Shown: positions 22,874-36,095, numbered from the whole stretch's first letter. The stretch is 62,254 nt of DNA, filler included, from Globobulimina sp. (GCA_003354225.1; 18 parts of 18 records of this genome joined end to end with filler, not necessarily neighbours in it); one strand, 5' to 3'. Translations and numbers: made by a program. The notes: generated by a model not told the origin, from the letters alone.

Positions 22874-24164
22874 TTGGATGAAACTCACAAATCCTTAAAA
22901 ACTGAGATACAGAATAAATTCGAAGATATTATGATTAGAATTAAACAGCAACAATTAAATAAAGAGGCCGATTTAAATGATATGGTTATAAAAAAAAAGA
23001 ATATTTTACAGTCGCAACTTGATGAATTGAATAAATATCAACAAAACTTGAAAATAATTGGCGAAAATTTCTCCAAAAACGAGAATAAAGAGGTTGTCCT
23101 AGGATTTCTTAATCAAAATAACAATCAGAAATATAATGCACAGTCAATACAATGTGCAGTTTCTAGCAATATTCTCGTTAATTTTGCAGAAGAAGCCTTA
23201 AATAAATGTTATAAATGCATATCAGCATTGGGTTCGATTGAAAGTGGCGAGGTGCCATTATTTGCGCCAATTATTAAAATTAGGAATAAGACTACAAATA
23301 GCATTCAAGTCAAATGTTTTGAGCCGAAAAATATGGACAATGAAATATTAGCGATCACACAATTTGAAGTTGAATATATTTTATTACCCAAACAATGGAA
23401 AGGACGTTGGAAAAAAATGAAAAAAAACATATTTGAGATAATTAATGATGAGAATAATTTTAACAATGATGACCAGAAAGAGTCAAAGGACGATAATAAA
23501 ACATCAAAATGTATCGTTATTGACAGAAATAAGAATTTTAAGAAGAATATTGTATTAATTAACGATTTAGAATTTGATTGTGATTATTTAATTCGTTGCC
23601 GTTGTTATAATATCTGTGGGTTTGGCCCATGGAATTTACCAAAACTTATCTCAATTTATGATATAAATACAGATGGACATTGGCAATTTAATTGGGAGTA
23701 TTTTACGGATAATTTGACAGTTTCTGACAACGATAAAACAATCACAAAAACCAATGGTAAAAATGAATGGGATTCGTTGGCGAAAGGACCGTGTTTTCCA
23801 ATTAATGTTAAGTAACAAATCAATAATTAATATAAAATATAAAAAACAAAAAGTGTACAGTTTATAGAATCGCAAATGAAAATATATTGGAATGTAATGA
23901 TAAATAATTGCTATGCGGCAGATACCGGTTCGTTGCAATTCGGTATAATGCATAAAAAAATCAAGCCTGAAGATGTTTGGAGTGAAAGTATTGGATTTGC
24001 TGAATACGATTCGATGGGAATGGAAAAATATGAACAAAGTCCAGGATTTAAGAATGGATCAATTGTAAAAATTGTTGTTGATTTTGGAGAGTTAACAGTT
24101 GAATTTTATGAAAACGATACTTTTTGTGCTATGCAGAAATTGGATGTTTTGAAACAAAAAATAT
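22874..24164 (+). CDS. Coiled-coil + FN3 + SPRY (TRIM/FSD1-like) protein; 5' end unclear
   Basis: Coiled coil, FN3 LEFDCDYLIRCRCYNICGFGPW, SPRY-like FKNGSIVKIVVDFGELTVEFYEND. Intron ~23807-23867. Confidence 0.7.
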
Positions 24165-24264
24165 NNNNNNNNNNNNNNNNNNNNNNNNNNNNNNNNNNNN
24201 NNNNNNNNTTAATTAATTAANNNNNNNNNNNNNNNNNNNNNNNNNNNNNNNNNNNNNNNNNNNN

Positions 24265-26043
24265 GCACTCGTTGCCTCGTCAACAAATATCATGCTTGGT
24301 TTTGATATTAAACATCGACCGATCGCCAATCTTTGTTGTTCTCCAACCGATAAACAATTGACCCAATCTGCTTTACAATATAATAATGATTGTTTACTAT
24401 GTGCCGATGAATAGGTATCTAAATGTGTTAAATTTATCTTTTCCAATACATTCAATATATCCTGATCACTGCCATCAAACTTCATATTTATTCCAGATCC
24501 ATCATCTAAATATTTCGGAAATAATAATTGGTTCCTCAATGTATTAAATGCCAATGGAAGTGATGGAATATATGGTTTTTGTGGTAAAAATAAACAATAT
24601 TTTAATTTGGGTCTTGTTATTTTGCCATATCCATAGTTCCAAAGACCAGAAATCACCCGAAACAATGAAGACTTTCCACAGCCAGAATACCCCACAATTA
24701 ACAAAGATTTATTCTTATTTAACACCAAATTGAGTTGATGCAATAATAAATAATCTGATTTCGGTGCATAATATGATATATTATCCAATTTCAAAACATT
24801 TTCTCGTGTTTCTTTTGTAATAATCTTCGATGACAAAATTCCGGTTTGCTTTTTAAGCAATTCACTTTGCTCGGAATCACCATCGGAATCACCATCACCA
24901 TCATAATCAGAATAAGATATATTAGTAACATTACTATTGTCTTTGTGCTCTGTATGAATGTTATAAACCGTTGTGATGGCATTGCCAACTCTGGAACTCG
25001 TTGCTGACAATGCAGTGATTGTGGGAATATTATCAATAATAATATTTAATGCCTGTAATAGCGAAGAAAATGCATAAATTGATTGTGATAATTGACCAAA
25101 TTCAATTTTCTTTTCAAAATACTTCTGTGCTAAAAGAACATAAGGAACCACAATGGATAAAAAATGGAATATTCGATTGAATAATTTGAGACCAGCCAAC
25201 CATTTGCAATTAACAATGCCATCACTGATTAACGTTTCTAATCTCATTTCCAACCAATTGCGTTCGTGTTTGGCTGCATTATACAACGCAATGCTCTCTG
25301 ATGAGTCATGGATTCGAATAATATTTGTCATAAATTCTGCTTGATCGCGCATTATTTTTTGTGAATATTCAGTTAATTTTTGCGAAAACACAGTCAATGC
25401 GAAAACAGTGCCGCACAATGAATATAGACACAACATTGGAATGGAACTCACATCGATTGTGTACAAAACATATGAAAAGCCCAACAGACCCAAAGCATGT
25501 TTCAGTATAACATTTAATAAATCAAACAGTCCATAAGCAAATTTTCTAATATCATCACCAAATCTTTGTCCTGGATTATCGATTTCCTTTTTATCCAAAA
25601 CAAAGTGTATTTAGTACTAAAAGCAATGTGTAAAAAGTAAAAACAAAACGGACAGTTTTCCAACGAAGATGATAATAAGCTCGCTTGGCCATATATAAAT
25701 CGAATAGCATGTTGGTTAATATTTGACGGAATCGCATTGATAAAAGATTCTGAAGATAGCTGTCTGCGGCAATTATAGGCGATGTGATACAGATAACAAT
25801 CACAAATACTTTTAAAAAATACCAGAAATCTTCTTCTTTTCGTTCATTTAAAGCTGTGCTGTACCAATTCATTGGATAACTAATACCTACGTTTACACCG
25901 ACTGTTAGAAGCAATAAAACCAGTCTTACAATAAATAGCTTCCATAAATATCTTTTGCTCTTTTTATGCACAGTGTCTGATGCACTCAACGTTTGTAATA
26001 TTAATTTACTGTTTTTATATGTTTCTAAACCATGACCAAACAT
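24265..26043 (-). CDS. ABCD-family half ABC transporter (ABCD4/YddA-like), 3' partial, one intron ~25591-25654
   Basis: IDNPGQRFGDDI, ESIALY (EAA region), Walker A GYSGCGKSS, FLPQKPY, signature LSVGEQQRLA, Walker B IFVDEATS. Confidence 0.92.
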
Positions 26044-26475
26044 AATTTTAAAACGGTTTGTGAATTGATAGATATAGGCGGATAAGTTTGATGATCCAAT
26101 TCTACGTCCATTCCTTTTATTTTTTGTGTCACACATAAATAGTATCGTTGCTTGTATCAAAAGAGTTATCCAATGAAGGGCTGTCTAGTAAACAATGTTT
26201 AGATATCAATAATATCAATTAAAAAAACACTACAAACATCTCAAGGAAGGATGGAAAGTGTGAGGTAGTTTAGAGTGAAAAAAGCAAAAACCTTGCTTGC
26301 AGATCTGTATCAAAAGTTGATATTAAAAAGCCATTGTATCTTAAAAGTCCGTGTGGTCCGTTGATTGCGCAATAAAATTAATGTTAAGTTAAACGAAATA
26401 ATTGAAAAACAAGACCCCACATCAACTGTTTGAAAAGTTGAATATCAGTAACTGACTATCTTATTAGTAATAGTA

Positions 26476-27628
26476 TCATGTATCGATATCTATCTGTTTG
26501 CTGTTGTTAAAAGCTGACGTAACATTTGAAGCATTTTTTTTCTCCAAATGAGCAGTGATAAAATTACTTGCATCCATCAATTTGTCTAAGTCAATATTTG
26601 TTTGAATTCCCAATCCATTTAACATATACACAATGTCTTCAGTCGCAACGTTCCCTGTCGCGCCTTTTGCAAATGGACATCCACCCAATCCGCCAACACT
26701 ACTTTCAATAATGTTGACATTCATTGTTAAACTGGTCAATATATTTGCTAGTGCCTGGCCATATGTATCATGAAAATGAACACCAATCTCGAATCCAAAA
26801 TCGTTTTTACACAAAATATAATCCAATAATCTATAGGTTGAACCTGCCGTTGCTACGCCGATTGTGTCTGCAATAATAACGTTATCAATTTCTTTGGGAC
26901 TGTAATCCAATGACATTTTATTTATTAATGCAGCGACCTTCCTGGGATCAATATATCCTTCGTATGGACATCCCAATGCTGTTGATATTACCACTCGAAA
27001 TATTATGTCATTCAGCACAGAATATTCAATAATACTTTCCATTCGATCATAGGATTCATTTACTGTGCAGTTCATGTTTCTTTTTGCAAACTCCTCAGAT
27101 GCGGACAACACATACACGACCTCCTTTACATTCTTTTTAAATGCTCTTTGAATTCCTCTTTTATTCATTATCAAGCCAATAAATGTTGGATCGACATCTC
27201 TATCCTCCGCATCATGGCAATGCTTACTTAATATATCAAATACTTCTCCACTGTTTGCCATTTGTGGAACCTATACGTGCAGAAATGTATGGTATTATAT
27301 TTAATTCATTATTTATATATGTATCATATTGAGATACCCAGTGTGGAGAGACAAAGGAGCCACATTCTATCTTTTTCAATCCAGCTTGTTTCAGCATATT
27401 AATCAGTTCCACCTTAACTGTTGCTGGAATTACTTTGTGTTTAGATTCATTTTGCAATCCATCACGTGGTCCAACATCAGTTATATATGCTATCTTTGGA
27501 AATGACGAAATCCATGAAAATTGTTTGTGGTGATCTTCAACGACCATGCCACAAAATCCATGCTTTTGAATCGACGATAACTGATGGTTATAGATGTGAA
27601 GGTACCTCGTCGCCGGACGTAATTTCAT
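26476..27628 (-). CDS. HMGCL: Hydroxymethylglutaryl-CoA lyase with transit-peptide-like N-terminus, one intron ~27271-27320
   Basis: DVGPRDGLQNE, GSFVSP.WV|PQMA, LGCPYEG, ADTIG, HFHDTYGQALAN, GLGGCPFAKGATGNVATED. Confidence 0.95.
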
Positions 27629-27729
27629 TNNNNNNNNNNNNNNNNNNNNNNNNNNNNNNNNNNNNNNNNNNNNTTAATTAATTAANNNNNNNNNNNNNNN
27701 NNNNNNNNNNNNNNNNNNNNNNNNNNNNN

Positions 27730-27865
27730 TCCGGAAAGAAAAACAGGTCGTAGAGACAAAACCTCAGGGTCGGTTTGTCTGAGTGCAGTAATTTCTGCAA
27801 GTGTATCATCTACCAGTTCGACAGCCTGGCCAACATATCGTTCAGGGTGATCCAGAGACTGTAAA
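27730..27865 (-). other. Probable 3' end of a different gene (adenylosuccinate-lyase-superfamily-like C-terminus) joined in frame to the sulfatase
   Basis: Abrupt rise in GC. LDHPERYVGQAVELVD resembles the L.P..Y.G.A...V C-terminal motif of the purB/ADSL superfamily. Confidence 0.5.
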
Positions 27866-30826
27866 TCATCATCATTGTGCACGTTATAATTATTTACAGT
27901 GTTTGGTGGATACCATTTATTTAAATATAATGCAGTTAATTCAATCGAGTCAATATTTAACATTTCAAATCCTTTTTTAATTCGAGCAAAATATTGAGTC
28001 TCAGATAAAAACGGTGTAATAAATGATCCGCTGTCATCACCATTTTTATCTGGATCACCGATCGGCAATCTATCCCATAGAAAATGTATTGGTTCGTGGT
28101 ACAATTTATTATCAGTAACACCCTCAAATAAATGCATTGCATATTTAACAATTTCATCAGATTCATTAGCATTAAATAATAAATTATTCTCTTCTGATAT
28201 ATCATTGGTTAAATCAAATAAATACTTATCATCAACAGCTTGTGACAAAGGTATGTTCTGCGCATAAGTTATAACATCATGGCCATCACACCAACCATCA
28301 ACATTATTATATTGCCATTGATCAATCGAGCTATCCTCAGCAAAATATTTATATAAATTACTATTATTTGGATATGTAAAAACAACTGATGCCGATTGTA
28401 ATGATTGCAAACCAACATTCAATATGATATTATCTCTTTTGTTATATGCATCTCCATGCATTATCATTTCATACTGATTTATGCCATCCCATGTTTGATG
28501 AGTATCATTTATGTCATTTAAAATGCCAGCAAATGACAATAATGTCGGTGTCCAATCTAATGAACTAAACAATGAATCTCTTTTTGTTCCTTTTATACTT
28601 TCCGGAATCACACCGCCTGAAATCAATGCAAAAGTTCGCGTATTACCATCAAACAAAGTGCCTTTCGTCCCTCGTAACGGATAATTACATCCTCCCTTTT
28701 CTATATCCCCTCCATTATCAGTCGAAAATATTACTAATGTATTTGCCCATAAATCAGCATTCTCTTTGAATTTATTCATTATATCACCAATAATTTCGTC
28801 TGTATATAATATATTTGTGCAATATTTTATCCTCTGCTCCATGCTCAGTGTACTCTGTTTCCCCAAAGCTGCTATTTCTTTGCATCTCTGCTCGTACGCA
28901 TTGATATGAATCAATGGAACATGCATTGTTTGCAATGCTAAATACATATAAAATGGGTCAATATTATCATCAATATTGGCATCATCAATATACTCAAATA
29001 TTTTATCTCGGAATAAATCCATAGTATTAAAAGAAGTTTGTGTCGAATTTATAAAACATTCTTCTTCATCTTGAAAGAAATCATAATGCGAAGTATCGCC
29101 AAATTCGATATCTTTATATTTCAATGTATCATAACCGATCGCGCCTTGATAAAAACCATAAAAGTGATCAAAGCCACGGTTTGTGGGAGTAAACGCATCG
29201 ACGGCATAGCCCATATGCCATTTGCCCACAGCGAAAGTTTTATAGCCACCAACTGACTGTAGCCAATTTGCAATGGTTGGCTGCCCAACCGGAATGCCAC
29301 CAATTTCTGTGTAATCCCAAGGCAACATTTTGCCAAACCCCATATTGTGCGCATAGCGGCCGGTGATAAATTGTGATCGCGATGGACTGCACATTAAATG
29401 CGAATAATGCCTCTCCAAACTTATCGACTCTGCGTATAAATTGTCAATATTTGGTGTGGGATATTGTCCGCCATTAAAACTCACGTCGTTCCATCCAACG
29501 TCATCCATTAAAATAAATACAATGTTAATATTACTATCATCACTAGTTTTTGTTGCTGGTTCTGATGCTGTGTCAAACCACTTATTATCACGAATCAGCT
29601 CAGCTGGACAGGACTGTGATACTAAGGATTCGTCATAAAATGTACCAATGTCATATACAACTCCCCAATCAGCAAAATCCCACAACATTCTGGGTGTGAT
29701 ATCAATTTTGGATGCAAGCGACCATGCTCTTGTGGATAAAAAATCAAATCCATACTTATCATCTAATTCAATAATGCCGCATTCATCGTATCCCGTAGCA
29801 CAGGCTGCAGTGTATACATTTGGATATTCCCCGATTGCATCTGATGATATAATACTATATCCATTGCAAGTTGCCCATAATGCACGTAAATACGCTGTGA
29901 ATGAATGTAAAAGCATAAAGATGGGATCATCGGGAGAGTAACCAGTCGCCATCGCACATTCTGCACATGATCTGGCAAACAACCAATGAACCTGTTGATG
30001 TTGCTCAACAATCCCACCTTTAAAGGTTAAGAAATCGGCGCGTTGTAACACTTCGCCAATTTCTGGTGCGGTTGACAATACTATTTGTGAATCGAGCGGA
30101 TGGTCAACACTTAAGCTTCGTTTTAAACAACAACCATTTTCAACATTCTCTGTGTCAGCACAAAGTACTTCATCCTTTATTGGCCAATTTTCAACGCTCC
30201 ACAAAGCAGTATCCAAACAATAATTATTTTCCGGGTTACCGTCGCCACCAAATACTGTATTCAATACAAATGGAGATGACTCGAAACCGGCATCAACGGA
30301 CCAATCATAATATGGTAAAGCAAAACATTTAAATTTGCCACCTATGGCTCGTATTTGACTGTATGTTATGTGATATATTTAATGGAAGTAATATATTTGC
30401 CACATATGGCTCGTTAATTGTATACTAACAAAAGACTGTTAATTAATAGGTCAGATATTTCAAATCTGTTGCTCAGAATCCTCAGATGGAAACGTTAAAA
30501 TGTCAGAGCTTCCGTTACATACAAAATCAGAACCATAATTATATATTACTTAACGTTTCAACCTCCCAAACTAAATACGTGTGCCAGAAAAAAAATGATG
30601 AACCACGATGTATCATCGTATGTGCTGCATGATCGTCGAGAATAACTTGATATTTACCATTTTTCCGAATTCTTTGCAATCCTTCGACGTATAACATTAA
30701 TTCTGCTGTTGATAACTGATGAATTGGTCGTCGAATACGATTACATTCCTCTTCTAAATATATGCCATGGCCAGAGCCAGCAATTAACTTTATTAATATT
30801 GCGGATATTAATAATAAACCAACCAT
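27860..30826 (-). CDS. Secreted tyrosinase-domain + arylsulfatase fusion protein; intron 30359-30554
   Basis: Signal peptide; CuA H..H....FFFWH, LPYYDW, CuB HQQVH...SPDDPIFMLLHS. Then NIVFILMDDVGWNDV, CSPSR, GKWHMG, RGFDHFYG, STDNGG, NYPLRGTKG in one frame. Confidence 0.9.
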
Positions 30827-31488
30827 TTTGCTTTAAACAACCTATATAATATTATATATTTATTAATAATATCCACATAACACATCTTGTCAATCACTAA
30901 ACAACCATCATATTAACCAGAATCAGTACAATGTGCATCATTTAATGATGAAAGTTTGAGAAATTTCTGTTTTAATATATAAACATGCAACAAAAAAAAA
31001 GACCGCTAAAAGACCGATGATTAGTATCATGTTTAATATATTTGATATCCATGTTGTTTTTTTATTTGTTTATTTTTATTCTGTTTACTCAGATNNNNNN
31101 NNNNNNNNNNNNNNNNNNNNNNNNNNNNNNNNNNNNNNTTAATTAATTAANNNNNNNNNNNNNNNNNNNNNNNNNNNNNNNNNNNNNNNNNNNNTTGTGT
31201 CGTGATTTGTGGTTTGGTGCTGAATGTTCTTTGGTGTTGTTGTTGTTGTGGATATTGCTGTAGTTGGTGCTGTATCTGGTGATGATACGTTTTGTGGATT
31301 GGCTCAGCTGAGCATGTTGACGTGTTCTTGTTGAGTGATATTGCCGTGAAGTCATAGTCAATCTGTTTGAGAGAACTCAATTAATTCAAGCAGAGTCTGT
31401 CGCAATATGTTCCATGTAGTTTTGCTGATGGCTATAAAAATAATGTTTTTGATCAAAAAAAAACATTTCTTAGTGCACTAATTCGACA

Positions 31489-32034
31489 ATGGTAACCTTT
31501 ACCTGCGTGCAATGTCAATGGACTGGTAAGAAGAAACAAGTCGAAAAGCATTATAATCGATGTGGTGGTGATTTTTTTTCATGTGTTGATTGTGGGAAGA
31601 CATTTGCTGAGGATTACGCCAAACATACATCATGCATTGATGAGGAGGATAAATATCATGGCAAATGGGCAAAATCAAAGAAAAAAGAGCAAAATCGCGC
31701 AAATCATCAGCAGATGGCTCAAAATAAAAAACTGAGTCATAAAAAATCTAACTCATCAAACGGAAATAATTTAAAGCGAAAAATAGAACAAAATGCAAAT
31801 AACAATAATCCACCATTAAAGAAACAAAAAGTTGATATAGGAAATAATAATGTCACAAAACAAAACAAAAAAAAGATATTAAAAAAGATTTTGAAACAGG
31901 AACAAAATGCAATATCATTAAAAACAGTTTGTAATAAGTTTAATGAAGAGATGAAGATTGAAAATAAAGACGATAATTCACTCTTTTTCCAGACATTGTG
32001 GAAGATGAAGGATAAGATATCCATCAACCTGTAA
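31489..32034 (+). CDS. LYAR: LYAR-type C2HC zinc-finger nucleolar protein
   Basis: MVTFTCVQC....KKKQVEKHY.RC....FSCVDCGKTF....Y.KHTSCI.EE.KY, followed by a Lys-rich region. Confidence 0.88.
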   Translation: MVTFTCVQCQWTGKKKQVEKHYNRCGGDFFSCVDCGKTFAEDYAKHTSCIDEEDKYHGKWAKSKKKEQNRANHQQMAQNKKLSHKKSNSSNGNNLKRKIEQNANNNNPPLKKQKVDIGNNNVTKQNKKKILKKILKQEQNAISLKTVCNKFNEEMKIENKDDNSLFFQTLWKMKDKISINL

Positions 32035-32247
32035 ATTAAATATTATCTGAAAGTATGAGTTTAACTCTTGACAGCACATAATTTAGATTTTTGTAATTAT
32101 GAATCCTCTCTTCTGCACGGTTTGTCATATAACTTTGTATCAAGGGAATGTTGGTAAATTACGTAATTAAAATTGATTTAATCCTTAGTGTTTTGAAGAG
32201 TATTTTTAGTAAATAGTAGTTAAACCGACTAAAGTTGTTACTACTAC

Positions 32248-33393
32248 ATGTCGCTTGTTACAACCACAGAATTGAACCAAATCATAGAGGCACTTTACAA
32301 ATGCCAATTACTCTCAGAAAATACAATACGTAGATTATGCGCATCTGCAATTGCGATATTTCTCAAAGAAGACAATGTTCAGTATGTTCCATGTCCAGTA
32401 ACTATTTGTGGCGATATCCATGGCCAGTTTTTCGATTTGATGGAATTATTCCGTTCTGGCGGATTCTTACCAGAAACAAATTACTTATTCCTGGGCGATT
32501 ATATAGATCGCGGTCATTTTTCTGTAGAAACGATTTCTTTAATAATTGCATTAAAAGTCCGCTATCCAAAAAGAATAACTCTAATCAGAGGGAACCACGA
32601 CGCCCGGCAAATGTCGATGGTCTATGGCTTTTACGATGAATGTTTGACGAAATACAATGGAAATTCCAATATTTGGAAAATGTTTACTGATTCATTTGAT
32701 TATTTACCATTGACTGCTATTGTCGGAAAACAAGTGTTTTGTGTTCATGGTGGTTTAAGTCCGCAAATCGATTCAATTGATGATATTATGCAAATTGATA
32801 GATTTCAAGAACCGCCGCATGAAGGACCAATGTGTGATTTATTATGGGACGATCCGGATGATCGCAGTGGATGGAACCTACCATGTGGTCGATCGGTTGG
32901 ATCCTATACTTTTGGTCAAGATATTACTGAACAATGGAATCATTGCAATGGATTATCATTAATTGCAAGAGGACATCAGTTGGTTATGGAAGGTTATAAT
33001 TGGTGTCATGACAAGCAGTGTGTCACAATATTCAGTGCTCCAAATTATTGCTATCGATGTGAGAATTTAGCTGCAATCATGGAAGTTGATGAACATTTGA
33101 GATATACATTTATTGTATTTGATGCTGTTAAAGATAGGAAGAGAAAAAAACAAAATACAAACCCGGATTATTTTAAGTGTGGTTCTTGTAATAATAAAGA
33201 GATAGGCTTTGTGTTCTTGGACAATAAAAAAATAATTTGTTGGAATATTGGAAATAAAAAATATGCATTGATAGAGTTAATTATTTCAAGTTGGTACGAT
33301 GATGATAATAAAATAAATCTGGCATTTCCAAAGGAATTATATTTTCTGGTTATTAAATATTGTATGGATGCATTTGATTATATTGAATGGTGA
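32248..33393 (+). CDS. PP2A-like Ser/Thr phosphatase catalytic subunit, divergent, with C-terminal extension
   Basis: [41 protein letters not shown]; intronless. Confidence 0.95.
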   Translation: MSLVTTTELNQIIEALYKCQLLSENTIRRLCASAIAIFLKEDNVQYVPCPVTICGDIHGQFFDLMELFRSGGFLPETNYLFLGDYIDRGHFSVETISLIIALKVRYPKRITLIRGNHDARQMSMVYGFYDECLTKYNGNSNIWKMFTDSFDYLPLTAIVGKQVFCVHGGLSPQIDSIDDIMQIDRFQEPPHEGPMCDLLWDDPDDRSGWNLPCGRSVGSYTFGQDITEQWNHCNGLSLIARGHQLVMEGYNWCHDKQCVTIFSAPNYCYRCENLAAIMEVDEHLRYTFIVFDAVKDRKRKKQNTNPDYFKCGSCNNKEIGFVFLDNKKIICWNIGNKKYALIELIISSWYDDDNKINLAFPKELYFLVIKYCMDAFDYIEW

Positions 33394-34055
33394 TGTATTG
33401 TTAGAATTTGTTACACATAAACATCGACAAAAGTTCATAACAACGTTCATTTAACGTTTCTAGGTTTTCACTTAAGTCACACTGGGTTTTCACTTTGATT
33501 ACTGTTTTATTGATTGATTGTTTGTGTTTATAGGAATGCTTTATTGCAATTGGTGGTGTTGAGAAACACCTGGTAAAAAATAAAAAGTCTAAACATCACC
33601 ATCATGGCACGCGTTTATAATTATATTTAAGCCGTACAATATCTCAATTTTATTCTATTCGAATTCTATAATATTGATCGATTTCATCATTGTCATTGCA
33701 AATATTGTATAGCACATCGATCTATATTAAAGACTGAAATTCTGAATAGTTTTGAGAATGCCACTGAAAGAATATAGACAATATGCAATATATTGATAGA
33801 TAGCAAATTAATATCATGTAAACAACGCAAACGTATGCTTTCGCACAGATCAACAATAAATATATTTGCTGTCCATCTTAAATCACGTAATCTTCACTTG
33901 TCACAATCACATATTATGGTTTAAGTCGCTTGACAAAAACATGTTTAATTCGATCAGATATATGTTATAATTTTATTATTTGTATGTAATATTAAATATA
34001 AATCCAATGCAAACTAACTGCACACGAAACAAAACAAAAAAAAAGAATAAATATA

Positions 34056-34128
34056 TGGAGTACCCGGGTTTCGATCCCGGTGCCTTAACGTTGCGAACGT
34101 TACGCGCTTCCGATTGCGCCAGTACCCC
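34056..34128 (-). tRNA. tRNA-Ala (CGC)
   Basis: GGGGTACTGGCGCAATCGGAAGCGCGTAACGTTCGCAACGTTAAGGCACCGGGATCGAAACCCGGGTACTCCA, with the G3:U70 alanine identity pair. Confidence 0.93.
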
Positions 34129-34658
34129 TTTTTCCGATTGCGTCAGTTTTGTTATATGAATCTACCATTTTAATTAGTGCGATATATAAACATCTGGTTT
34201 ATTCCCGTCATGAAAATATGGGAATTGAGTGAACATTTTTCGACACACTGCAGTTTTCTGACTTTTTCTTATGCAAATATCAAACATATATAATCCATAT
34301 TATTTCATCACAATTGTGAATGCATATGTATACTTCCAAATGATCGGAATATATTAACACATTTTTCATTCAAAGTATCTATATGTTTATTTAAAATGAA
34401 AAGCAATGTACTTAATTCGTTTGGTGGCATCGCAGCAAAGACACCAATTCTGATCACTCAAAGGGTCACTCCAAGTCACCCCAGAATGATTATGCTTGTA
34501 AAATTTTCAAAATTTATGATTTTGATTTTTTTTTTTTTACTAATGACAGCACCGATACNNNNNNNNNNNNNNNNNNNNNNNNNNNNNNNNNNNNNNNNNN
34601 NNTTAATTAATTAANNNNNNNNNNNNNNNNNNNNNNNNNNNNNNNNNNNNNNNNNNNN

Positions 34659-34895
34659 TGATCTTTATAGGTTATCAGGGTCGGGGAATTCAATGCGCGT
34701 ATCCGTTTTGATCACCGATCACCCCATCAATCGATAATCGATTATCGATTAATCGAAAATTTTGATTATGGCTGTATAACTTTGAAATCGTGATCTTTAC
34801 AGGTTATCAGGGTCGGGGAATTCAATGCGCGTATCCGTTTTGATCACCGATCACCCCATCAATCGATAATCGATTATCGATTAATCGAAAATTTT
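34659..34895 (+). repeat. 132-bp tandem repeat (~1.8 near-identical copies), ATCGAT-rich
   Basis: TGATCTTTA.AGGTTATCAGGGTCGGGGAATTC...AATCGAAAATTTT at 34659 and 34791. Confidence 0.9.
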
Positions 34896-35399
34896 AATAT
34901 TTCTGCGCGCACTTATCTCTTTTTTTGTTGCGAGCGAACATTCTTCTAGTAACTTTAATATCCCAACTTTTCCATGTTTCAATTGGTATAGGTCCCAAAA
35001 TACATTATGTAGAGGGTGTTTAAGGTATGCAAATTGTAAACTCATGATTAATACATGACTGTATAGTGTGTACATAGGGGAAATGGGGGGAACCATGGTA
35101 ACCTAACCCATTAACTTTATTAATTATTATTATTATTTAAACAATGTTGGGTGGTGTGCAATACATATTCATTACTGTTTATATTAATTTGACATAATTA
35201 CTTTAGTTGCCCTTTGATTAAATAACCTTTTTATAAGCCAGAAATAATTGGCAAACTGCACACACTGATTAAAGGATCACAAAAAACTCAGCGCATAAAA
35301 AATCACTTTCTTGCTGTTTCTGTTATTTTTCAGGTAGAATTTTGTTAATCTGGCGCTTAACTTTTAAGCCACTAGCCAAACCGTTCCGCTTTCACTCGC

Positions 35400-36095
35400 A
35401 TAATAATTGGGACATTTTTAGACCTCGATCGATACAGGTATCGATGTGTATCGATAATTATTTGAAAAGTCGAAATTTGCATAATTGATTAAAATAATTA
35501 ACATAACATAATTATAATTATCTCAATTTGCAATAATTATGATCTTTTAACATTTAATTTCGCCCACATAATAATCGGGACATTATTAGTTCTCGAACCG
35601 ATAATTATTCGAAAATATTGTAATTTATCGATTTTTAATCGATTTTTATCGATAATCAATTAATAATTTAATAGATTTTTTGATCGCGTTGGACTCGGGG
35701 TATGTAGGTATCAAAGTGTATCGATAATGTAACGAAAGTATCAAAATTTATTGATTTTTAATCGATTTTTCTTGATAACCGATCACTAATTTAATTAATT
35801 TTTCGATCGCGTTTGAGAAAGACATTATTAGCTTTCGATCGACGTAGGTATCGAATGGTAACATTTCGAAAATATCGAAATTTATCGATTTTTAATCGAT
35901 GAACAATCGATAATTTAATTGATTTTCTGATTGCGTTTGATTCGCGACATTATTAGCTCTCGATCGATGTATGTATGAAAGTCTGTCGACAATTATTCGA
36001 AAAATCGAAATTTGCATATTTGATTAGCATAATTAGCATAAATTATGAATTTTTAAATATTTGTTTGATCGCATAAATTTTGGGACTTTATTATT
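35400..36095 (+). repeat. Degenerate ~120-170 bp ATCGAT-rich tandem units
   Basis: Recurring GACATTATTAG.T.TCGATCGA...GTA.GTATCGA...TCGAAATTT at ~35410, 35578, 35691, 35821 and 35946. Confidence 0.7.

Noticed and set aside
24265-27629. End-to-start join of contig 8 reads DEATSA-MKLRP in frame; contig 16 similarly gives QLIS-TATAT
   Set aside because: Only 1-2 expected residues are completed before unrelated sequence begins. This fits chance or microhomology and was not counted as evidence of circularity.
34132-34148. Short copy of the tRNA-Ala D-arm (TTCCGATTGCGTCAGT) beside the gene
   Set aside because: A 16-nt local duplication with no further structure.
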